A stretch of DNA of 64,000 nt from a virus. Numbering within the stretch: position 1 is the stretch's first letter; every line of letters begins with the position of its first letter. The stretch spans positions 1-64,000 of IMG/VR virus record IMGVR_UViG_3300037516_001783; one strand, 5' to 3'. This document shows positions 38,990 through 47,071 of this stretch, piece after piece. A model generated the notes under the pieces. The model saw nothing but the letters and a program-made list of their open reading frames with translations, was not told the origin of the DNA and searched no databases. Position numbers and translations under genes: made by a program.

Positions 38990-40323
38990 TACTTGATTTC
39001 GTTAAATTTTATGTTGCCAATATGAGCATCATAATACTGTTTTTGAAGATTTTTGTTGTCTTCAATTTCACTTTTTAATTTATCTATTGTTTGTAAATAA
39101 TTTGTTGGTTTTTTTCTCTCTAAAATGTCAATAATATCTAACTTTTCCTTAGTAGAAACCTTAACAGATTTTAAAGCTTTATTCAACAAAATGATTTCAC
39201 TTTCTGATAAATTATGTTGTTTTTCTTTAGTCCTTAAAACATTATCTGGAGTTCTTTCAAGTAATTCTCCAGAAGGAGTCATAACTATAAAGCCGACATT
39301 TGTTTTTCTTATCAATACACCTTTTGACGGAACACCTTTAACAACACCATTTTCATCTTTTTTTCTTATGGTTAAATCAACATGGTCACCTACAGATAAT
39401 ACACCTCCAAGCTTTTTAGAAATTGTTTCTTCAACAGGTTTTTGCTTTTCAAAATCCTTTTTAATTTCTTCAATTTCTTTGTCTCTTTTACCATATCCAG
39501 GAAGTTCCTGTTTATTTATGGTTGTCCAATCACACTTGGTGTCTGTATAGAAATCACCGTTGTCTTGTAAATCTCCAAGTGTTTTGTATTCTCCAGAAGC
39601 GTCATAAAATTTACCATTCACACCCACAGCAACATGAACATCAGGTTCTCCTTCTGAACCGAACGAATGGTAGGTAGGTTTTAAACCTTTCTCTTCAAGT
39701 AGTTTTCCAAAAGCTTCAGCAAATTCATAACAACCACCACTCATGTACCAACCATCTTCCTTACCTTCTTTAAAGGTTTCTACTAAACTATAAGGGTCTA
39801 CACTGATATTAACACTGTTCTTATGTTTTATTTCGTTAAGGTCTCTGAGTACATTTTTAGGTTTTAATTCACCTGTTTTTCTGTCTCTAATTTGAGTTCT
39901 GATATTAGCTTTTACCTTACCATTACTTTCGTCTAATTTACTGAAAGTTCCTTCAACTTCAGTTCCGTCTTGTAATTTTAATAAAACAATATCACCCTTT
40001 TTGTATTTAGAACTAAGTAGTTTGTCTGGATTTATATGTTCTTTTGAATTAACATCTTCAAATGAACCTTTCCTATATTTCTGTTGGAATTTACTTACAT
40101 CAGTCTTATTAGGATTTATCCAATAGGTTTCCATAACAACCTTACCACCTCTAACAATAGGAGTTACAACCTTCTGTAAATGTGCTAAATTTCTCTCAGC
40201 CTTTTCAAGTTCTGAGATTTTACCATATTTGGAACAAACAATTAATGTTTCATAATCTTCATTAGAAATTACTAAATTGTCTAACGAAAGTTGTTTGAAT
40301 TCAGAAGGTTGTAAGAAAATCAT
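38989..40323 (-). CDS. Putative head cargo with KOW/SH3-like domains and a papain/transglutaminase-like Cys-His-Asp domain
   Basis: ELEKA then LQKV...RGGK..ETYWINP; KKGDIV and VGDHV (KOW-like); SGGCYEFA ... VHVAV ... YDASG triad. Confidence 0.6.
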   Translation of the reverse strand: MIFLQPSEFKQLSLDNLVISNEDYETLIVCSKYGKISELEKAERNLAHLQKVVTPIVRGGKVVMETYWINPNKTDVSKFQQKYRKGSFEDVNSKEHINPDKLLSSKYKKGDIVLLKLQDGTEVEGTFSKLDESNGKVKANIRTQIRDRKTGELKPKNVLRDLNEIKHKNSVNISVDPYSLVETFKEGKEDGWYMSGGCYEFAEAFGKLLEEKGLKPTYHSFGSEGEPDVHVAVGVNGKFYDASGEYKTLGDLQDNGDFYTDTKCDWTTINKQELPGYGKRDKEIEEIKKDFEKQKPVEETISKKLGGVLSVGDHVDLTIRKKDENGVVKGVPSKGVLIRKTNVGFIVMTPSGELLERTPDNVLRTKEKQHNLSESEIILLNKALKSVKVSTKEKLDIIDILERKKPTNYLQTIDKLKSEIEDNKNLQKQYYDAHIGNIKFNEIK

Positions 40324-40324
40324 T

Positions 40325-40579
40325 TTAAGAGAATATTGATTGTAAAGCAGTAACCATTAAGAACTTATCATTAGCAGTTGGAGTTGTTATATCCGAAACT
40401 TTAAATTTTAAAGAATCAGATTGTCCAGAAATTGCTGCTATTGGTGAACAACATCTTGTAACTAAGATACAATCTTCGTTTGGATGCGGTAAAACATTTA
40501 CAGTTCCAGATACACCATAAATGACACCATTATCATTTATTGTTACTCTATTCGATGCTTTTGTGAATGTAATTGGCAT
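40325..40579 (-). CDS. Hypothetical protein
   Basis: ORF track. Confidence 0.5.
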   Translation of the reverse strand: MPITFTKASNRVTINDNGVIYGVSGTVNVLPHPNEDCILVTRCCSPIAAISGQSDSLKFKVSDITTPTANDKFLMVTALQSIFS

Positions 40580-40582
40580 AAA

Positions 40583-41110
40583 TTAATTCTCTAAAGTTTG
40601 TACCTGTCTCATTGATAAAATGTACTCTTTATTTTGGTCTAAGTTTTTCAACAAAGTATCAACAATTTTCAATTCACCTTTACAGTTTATCATTCTGTAA
40701 ACAGCTTGATTGTGTGATTTGTAATTGTTTGCCTCAACTTGACCACTGATTGGAGATTTATTTTCACCGAACTGTGGAGCGTTAATTTCATTCCAATAAG
40801 TATATTCATCACCATATACCAATAAACCTTCCAACTCATCACAATCACAGTCTTCGTAATAAGGTTTGATAGAAGGTTGACGTTCTAAAACTCCAGAAAG
40901 TGCTGAAACAACTTGATTACAAGCTGAATATTCACCTTCAAGTTTCATTTTCTTAGCTTCCAAAAGAGAAATAATTTCACTACCCATTTTAGGGAATTTT
41001 AAACTATCGTCATAGATAAAACTTGACATACCTTTTTCAAGTTCATCTTTGTTTGAAAAGCTGTTATAGATATTTCTTCTAGTTTGCTCTATTTTTTGTA
41101 TCGCGTCCAT
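40583..41110 (-). CDS. Hypothetical protein with an ELEKG site near the N-terminus
   Basis: ORF track; NSFSNKDELEKGM. Confidence 0.55.
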   Translation of the reverse strand: MDAIQKIEQTRRNIYNSFSNKDELEKGMSSFIYDDSLKFPKMGSEIISLLEAKKMKLEGEYSACNQVVSALSGVLERQPSIKPYYEDCDCDELEGLLVYGDEYTYWNEINAPQFGENKSPISGQVEANNYKSHNQAVYRMINCKGELKIVDTLLKNLDQNKEYILSMRQVQTLEN

Positions 41111-41116
41111 TACTAC

Positions 41117-43171
41117 TTATTTAAAATTTATATCGTCTTCAATTACACCACCTAATAAATAATCAAATGCCTTTTTGATATTCACTTTCTTTAAACTCTC
41201 AGCATAATAATCTTTCCAATCTTCATATTGGTCTTGAGTTTCTTTTGGTAAATTTCCGAAAGTCATTTTTGCTTCTTTTATGTTACCTAAAGTTCTAACT
41301 TGTAAATCAGATTCTGGTAAGTTCTTTTGGTTCTTAACTAAAACGTCATACAACTCTTTGTTTTGTTCAAAGTTGTCATATCCGTCTCTTAATTTACCAT
41401 CCAACATTGTAGACATAGCATACAGCATTTGTTTTTTATCCAAATCTATATGTATAGGTTTACTTCTACCTTTAAGAGCAGCAGAGTCTTGGCTATCATC
41501 CAAACCTTTATTTGTAATGAAGTTTAACTTACCATGGAAATCAAATTCGTCTGGAATATCTTTAACATTTTCACCTGTTAAATCGGCTATCTTCTTTTTG
41601 AAAGTTGGTGTTATTGTTATCTTTGGAGTTTTACCTTCAAAGTTCTTAAGTAAGTTAATTGTTTTAGGATTAAACAACATACTATCACTGTCATCGAATG
41701 AAAGTAATGTTTTAGAACCCTCTTGTCCTCTATATTTATACAGATATGCAAGGAAATCACCGTAATTGAATCCCGTACCTTTCAATTCAACATAAGAACC
41801 GTTTGGATGCTCTTCTGGGTCGTAAGGTTGGTCTTTATTTATTTTGTCATAACCAAGTTCTCCCAATGCAGCTTTTTCTACATTGTATGATTTACCAACT
41901 CCTGCTTTACCACTAATTATTGTCATTAATTTAGGACTTTCGTCACTCATTAATGTTTTAATACTACCGATAATAGAATGAGCTGTTGAAGTGATTTCTC
42001 TTTTTTGATTATCGTCTAATCCTATACTTTGGTCACCGTTCCAACCAGCACCTGTTTTTGGATTATACTCACCATCCTTTAACTTTTGGATACCAAGTTT
42101 CTTTTTCTCGTCTTCAGAAAGTTTGGAAACGTCTACTTTTTCAGGTTTCTTAGTTTCTTCTTTAACCTTATCACTTTTCGGTTTTTCAGTTTTATCTTCA
42201 GAACCTTCTTTTGGATTTTCAGGTTTACTATCACCTTCTCCTTCAGCACGTTTATCATCAGGTTTAGAATCTTCTGTTTTATTATCAGCTTTTTTGTCAC
42301 CTTCCTTATTTTTATAAGGGTTTCGGTCATCTTCAGAATTTATGTATTCCTCACCTCTTTTAGCTAACTCTTTTTTTGCTGAATCAACTAAAATTCTTGC
42401 CTTTGGATTGTCATGTTCTTTGTCTAAAAAATTCTTTAAATCTTCAGTAGATGACTTTTTAGCATGAGATTCAACTTTTTTGTTATCCTGATAGATAGAA
42501 TGATAATCGTAATCAGAACTCTTGCCCTTTGGATTTTCAACCTTCTTATTAGACGGTTCGTTTGCATTATTATCTTCTTGTTTTGTGGTTTTAACTTCTG
42601 ATTGATTATCGTCATTTTTGACCCACTTTTTCATGTGTCTACCTAGCTTATCAACGATATCTTTGATATGTAGCTTACTCATGTTTAAACCCTTATTAAA
42701 CTCATCTGAATATGGGTTTGGTTGGGTTAAACTTGTAATGCTTTTTTCTAAATCTCTTTGATTAACAAAATCAAAATAATGGCTTAAAATTTCACCTTGA
42801 TTATCTAAGAAGTCAAATTCAGTTAAATCGTCATCACAAATAAGTTCATATTTATCATGTTCAAAATTTAGTATAGCAGATTCAACATCATACTCACCTT
42901 CATTTCTAACTAAAAAGTAATTAACTTCAAAATCTTCTTCACCGTTGTTTTCAATTGTTTTAAACAACAAAGAAATATCATTAGACTTTACATCTATTGA
43001 TATTTCTTCTTTTAATTCTCTTATTGCAGTTTCTATAGGCTCTTCACCGTCTTCAACTAAACCTCCTGGAAGGTTCCAACATAAATCTCCATAAGTTGCT
43101 GTAAAACTCCTTCTTAAAATAAGTACATTGGAATCCCAATCTGGTAAAATGGCTACAGAATATACGTTCAT
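41117..43171 (-). CDS. Nudix hydrolase - disordered linker - AAA+ ATPase fusion (putative head cargo)
   Basis: Nudix box PGGLVEDGEEPIETAIRELKEE; Walker A SGKAGVGKS; Walker B LSFDDSD; ITN; AALKGRS arginine finger; C-terminal IKKAFDYLL; probable ATG 43171. Confidence 0.8.
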   Translation of the reverse strand: MNVYSVAILPDWDSNVLILRRSFTATYGDLCWNLPGGLVEDGEEPIETAIRELKEEISIDVKSNDISLLFKTIENNGEEDFEVNYFLVRNEGEYDVESAILNFEHDKYELICDDDLTEFDFLDNQGEILSHYFDFVNQRDLEKSITSLTQPNPYSDEFNKGLNMSKLHIKDIVDKLGRHMKKWVKNDDNQSEVKTTKQEDNNANEPSNKKVENPKGKSSDYDYHSIYQDNKKVESHAKKSSTEDLKNFLDKEHDNPKARILVDSAKKELAKRGEEYINSEDDRNPYKNKEGDKKADNKTEDSKPDDKRAEGEGDSKPENPKEGSEDKTEKPKSDKVKEETKKPEKVDVSKLSEDEKKKLGIQKLKDGEYNPKTGAGWNGDQSIGLDDNQKREITSTAHSIIGSIKTLMSDESPKLMTIISGKAGVGKSYNVEKAALGELGYDKINKDQPYDPEEHPNGSYVELKGTGFNYGDFLAYLYKYRGQEGSKTLLSFDDSDSMLFNPKTINLLKNFEGKTPKITITPTFKKKIADLTGENVKDIPDEFDFHGKLNFITNKGLDDSQDSAALKGRSKPIHIDLDKKQMLYAMSTMLDGKLRDGYDNFEQNKELYDVLVKNQKNLPESDLQVRTLGNIKEAKMTFGNLPKETQDQYEDWKDYYAESLKKVNIKKAFDYLLGGVIEDDINFK

Positions 43172-43196
43172 TGTTTTATAAAATAACAATAAAAAT

Positions 43197-43205
43197 ATAA
43201 CTGTT
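43197..43205 (-). promoter_or_regulatory. Candidate late promoter AACAGTTAT
   Basis: 26 nt before the probable ATG of the Nudix-AAA gene. Confidence 0.55.
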
Positions 43206-43422
43206 AAGGGTTAATTGGCTTATAACAAGTCTCTGGATTATCGTCAAATTTTCTTATAATATCTACAAAATCAGAGTATTTCATACCATGAACTTTGGAA
43301 AAATCTTCAGCATCCAAATCTTTAGATTTGATGTCAACAAGAAACTTCCAATTCAAATACAAGTCGTACTGATAATCTAAATCAGCCAATAAACCTGTTG
43401 AGTTCTCAAATCCACCTTCCAT
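43204..43422 (-). CDS. Small acidic hypothetical protein
   Basis: ORF track; immediately downstream of the GNAT-like gene. Confidence 0.5.
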   Translation of the reverse strand: MEGGFENSTGLLADLDYQYDLYLNWKFLVDIKSKDLDAEDFSKVHGMKYSDFVDIIRKFDDNPETCYKPINP

Positions 43423-43429
43423 ATCGTAA

Positions 43430-44833
43430 TTAATCTAAATTAAGTTTTTCTTTTGATAACAATTTTTCAAAAGTTTTTCTTTGAATATCATTTGTTAAGT
43501 CTAACTCACCGTCCCAACTTGAACCTGAATTTTTAAAGAAAACATTTTGTTCATGTTTGTTTAATTTTTTAGCTAAAGATTTCAACATGTACCTGTCTCC
43601 AACTTTGTCTAATTCAATTGTACTAACACTGTTATTTATTTTGTCAAGTTGATGTTCAGTTGGGTGGAAATATATTTCATATTTGAATTTTATTTTATCA
43701 CCAACTTGTTTACTATCACCTATCCTTGTTACTTTATAATTAAAACTATCCTCTTCAGAAGGTACATAAGTATCTGAATCTTGATAGTCAAGTTCGTCTT
43801 GGAAAGTATCACCACTCAAATCAGCAGTTTTAACAACCCCATCTTTTGAAATGTACTTAATTTCAGGTTTTTCACCTACCTTATGTTCACAGAAACCTCT
43901 GGCAATTAAAGTTGGTTTTATAGAACCTGAATCATTACTTTTAACAACATATCTGATGAAATTTTCTCTCATCCTTTTAACGTCACTTTCTGAAGCTGAG
44001 AAACCCCAATTCCCCCAAACAGACACACCTGTAAGCACTTCACTTTGTGTTTGTGAATTTGCTTGTACTGAAATTTTCTTAACTCCTAACTCCTTGTATT
44101 TGTCATAAAAGTTAGACATTAACTTTCTAGCAAAGTCAGTATTTCTAAGTGTTTCAGAACAACCAAAACTTGAGTGGTAAACAGAACCATCTGGTCTAAT
44201 TACTCTTGAAATCTGAAAATGTTTTGGTTGGCTAAAACCAAACTCATCAGTTGAAGCAGAATCCTCAGACATGTGAACTCTTATTGTTCCGTCAGAATCA
44301 CAAAAGAACCTTTTGTCAGAAACATTTCTTCCATTAGTGTTAGGAATGTAACTATCTATCAATTCATTACAACCTTTATAAAGGTCTGCTATATCATGAC
44401 CTTCCCAATGTTTGTTAAAATTGTTAATAGAAGTTTGGTCTGATTCAACCCTTACATTTTTTAACTTCTCTAATGTAAGTTCTGGTTTTTTAACACCGTA
44501 AGCTTCATCTGTAATTCTATCAACTTGCTTTAACACTTCTTCCTTTTTAAATTGGAAGCTGTTACCTTTCTCAACCTGTTTTAATGAATGTGATATTACA
44601 GATTGCTGGTGAAAATATTCAGCTTTTTTCAATAACTTTTTAGCCAATTCTTTTTCAGTTGAAGATAACATTTTATCTTCATTTACAGCATTAATATCTC
44701 TAATTTTTACATAAATTATGTGAGAATTTTTATCAAGTTTTTGTTGATATTCAGGATTCCCCTTCTTATGTATATTTTGTAATCCACCTTTGACAATTAC
44801 ACTGTCAAAGGCTTTTTTCAATTCATCTTGCAT
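43430..44833 (-). CDS. Putative head cargo with a GNAT-like acetyltransferase domain
   Basis: N-terminal ELKKAFDSVIVKG; VYHSSF....LRNTDFARKLM...Y.ELGVKKISVQA...G..VW..WGF resembles a GNAT fold. Confidence 0.55.
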   Translation of the reverse strand: MQDELKKAFDSVIVKGGLQNIHKKGNPEYQQKLDKNSHIIYVKIRDINAVNEDKMLSSTEKELAKKLLKKAEYFHQQSVISHSLKQVEKGNSFQFKKEEVLKQVDRITDEAYGVKKPELTLEKLKNVRVESDQTSINNFNKHWEGHDIADLYKGCNELIDSYIPNTNGRNVSDKRFFCDSDGTIRVHMSEDSASTDEFGFSQPKHFQISRVIRPDGSVYHSSFGCSETLRNTDFARKLMSNFYDKYKELGVKKISVQANSQTQSEVLTGVSVWGNWGFSASESDVKRMRENFIRYVVKSNDSGSIKPTLIARGFCEHKVGEKPEIKYISKDGVVKTADLSGDTFQDELDYQDSDTYVPSEEDSFNYKVTRIGDSKQVGDKIKFKYEIYFHPTEHQLDKINNSVSTIELDKVGDRYMLKSLAKKLNKHEQNVFFKNSGSSWDGELDLTNDIQRKTFEKLLSKEKLNLD

Positions 44834-44834
44834 A

Positions 44835-47057
44835 TTATAATATTAATGAGTTAAATGCTTTTTCTATATCAACGTCTACAATGAATAAACTTCCCGAATC
44901 CAATGATTTCATTAATTTTTTAACAACATTTTCTTCGTTACCATTTTCACTCCTAAAGAAGTGCATACATTTAATAACACCTTCTTCGTTCTTGTAAGAA
45001 TTCTTAATTTTGTCTATGTTTTTAGCCATAAAATTAAGAGCATCTTTGTATTCACTGTAAGTGTAGTTCTGTCCTTTTAGGTTTGTAAATCCAATACCTA
45101 ATTGTTCTCTTTTATTTATAAGATATTTAGAACGCTCTATAAAGGTATCAGGAGTTTCCTTTATATTTGCTAACATACTTCTTGATTGAATTGGCTGTGG
45201 AGCATTATCTAATGAAGAAGTGATAAAAACACACTTACCTTTGAATTGGAATTTTTCTGGTAAGTCGTTTGGGTGAGTTATGCTTTTTGGGTCAACCTTT
45301 CCAGACTCTTCGTCAGTTTCATATTTCCAACCACCTTGTCTAAGAGCGTCACCATAAGCACCGTTATCTTCAAAGTCAGAAGGTTTAAAATCAGGTTTAT
45401 AACGACCTGTATTAACACTTGTCAACCAAGCAACTTCACCATCACCAGATGTATCTAATGCTCCTTTTAACAAACCTTGACCAAGATTGCTTTCTAAAAC
45501 CTTATCAGCAGAGTTGTCAAAAACAATTGTCTTAAAGTTATGTTTAAACAAAGTTTCGTATAATGATTTCTCTGTTAAACCACCTCCTGCTGAGGAAATA
45601 ACAACATATTGATTACTTACAGGTTCCTCACCATCTTCAGGTTCGTATTCTAAGTTTTGTTGTTTCTGTAATGTACAAACTTCATGAGAATTTTGCATAC
45701 CTTTTTGTTTTAAGTAGGTAGTAACATTATTCGCATTTGTATCAGCAACAACAGCACATTTAACTTGGTTTCCTGTTACCATATCTAAAGAGTTGTAAAA
45801 CGAATCAAAGTTTTCAACTATAGACATTTCAGGCTTATCTTTCAATAAAATCTTATCAGCTTCAACCTCCCATTTCATCCCCTTTTTAGAGAAGAAATCT
45901 CTGATAGCATTACACTTTGTTAAAGTTCTACCACTTAACTCCTCTAAATTTCTCCAATTTTTAGCAAAGTAATTAGCAATACTTTCTTTCTCCTCATCTG
46001 TAACTTCTACTTTATTACCTAATGCGTCTTGGAATTTTAGAGAACTGTTAATCTTACCATAATTAGGATTCTCGATTCCGTTAATCATTTTCCTACCATC
46101 ATGTAAGATTTTATCATTTAACAGGTCCCAAGTTTCCTTTTTAGTTAATCGTAAGTTTAAGTTATCAGAATTTGTTAAAATCCTTTGGAAATTTTCAGCT
46201 TTTGGTCCATGTTTTTCAGCTTGTTTATCTAAATTCACATTAGATATTAACATAACACTACCATCGAAGTCAAATCTTGGAGGAACACCATCAGAAGTTT
46301 TCTCATGTACATTACCACTTTTAGGGTTTGTAAGAGTTACACTTCCTGTGTTAGAAGATATTGAGGTTAAAATATTCAACATGGCTGGGTCATCAAAAAC
46401 CATATCAAAATCATCCAAAATAATCTTCTTATCTTTATTGTTATAAAGCATTTCAAAGAAACCTCCGGGAGTTGTACCACCTGTGAACTTTACAACATCA
46501 CCATTTTCAAGACCTTCTTTGATTTTTGTATTTTGTAATACAGTAAAAGTTTTACCAACACCACCTGAACCTGAAGCAATAGAAAGTCTAAGAGATTTAT
46601 CATCAGCAAAATTTGATACCATTTTCTCCCACTCAATCATCCTTTCAGCTGGAGAGCCATAAATATCATAATCTAAACCACCTTCATCTTCATCAGAAAC
46701 AACTTTTTTCTCACTTGGTTTAACTTCACCTTCTGGTGTAATTGGTGCACTACCTTCACCGTCATGAGGGAATACTAATTTGTTAGGTGATTTGTCATGA
46801 CGTCTTCCTGTTTGGTCTTTCAACTTAACATATCCGTCATCTTTAACACCAACAATTGTATGTTCTTCACCGTTGTATAAAGCAACATCACCTTCTTTAA
46901 CATGTAAATGTTCGTCAGTAACTTCATCCTTTTTTACCCAAGTTAATCTCTTGTGGATTCCATGAGCACCATGAACAAGTATAAATTTTGGAACCAACTT
47001 ACCACCGTGTGATAAGTCTGCAGCCTTCTCTATGTCTGTTTCTAAATTATTTAACAT
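44835..47057 (-). CDS. Putative head cargo: SH3-like module + tandem AAA+ domains (second degenerate)
   Basis: DIEKA at the N-terminus; EGD...YNGEEH...DGY..LKD..G.RHDKSP; SGSGGVGKT, IILDDFD, FDFDGSVMLISN; second unit LYETLF..IVFD..LLKGALD..FQFKGKCVFIT..IQSRS; C-terminal DIEKAFNSLIL. Confidence 0.75.
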   Translation of the reverse strand: MLNNLETDIEKAADLSHGGKLVPKFILVHGAHGIHKRLTWVKKDEVTDEHLHVKEGDVALYNGEEHTIVGVKDDGYVKLKDQTGRRHDKSPNKLVFPHDGEGSAPITPEGEVKPSEKKVVSDEDEGGLDYDIYGSPAERMIEWEKMVSNFADDKSLRLSIASGSGGVGKTFTVLQNTKIKEGLENGDVVKFTGGTTPGGFFEMLYNNKDKKIILDDFDMVFDDPAMLNILTSISSNTGSVTLTNPKSGNVHEKTSDGVPPRFDFDGSVMLISNVNLDKQAEKHGPKAENFQRILTNSDNLNLRLTKKETWDLLNDKILHDGRKMINGIENPNYGKINSSLKFQDALGNKVEVTDEEKESIANYFAKNWRNLEELSGRTLTKCNAIRDFFSKKGMKWEVEADKILLKDKPEMSIVENFDSFYNSLDMVTGNQVKCAVVADTNANNVTTYLKQKGMQNSHEVCTLQKQQNLEYEPEDGEEPVSNQYVVISSAGGGLTEKSLYETLFKHNFKTIVFDNSADKVLESNLGQGLLKGALDTSGDGEVAWLTSVNTGRYKPDFKPSDFEDNGAYGDALRQGGWKYETDEESGKVDPKSITHPNDLPEKFQFKGKCVFITSSLDNAPQPIQSRSMLANIKETPDTFIERSKYLINKREQLGIGFTNLKGQNYTYSEYKDALNFMAKNIDKIKNSYKNEEGVIKCMHFFRSENGNEENVVKKLMKSLDSGSLFIVDVDIEKAFNSLIL

Positions 47058-47071
47058 TACCTTATATTTTA

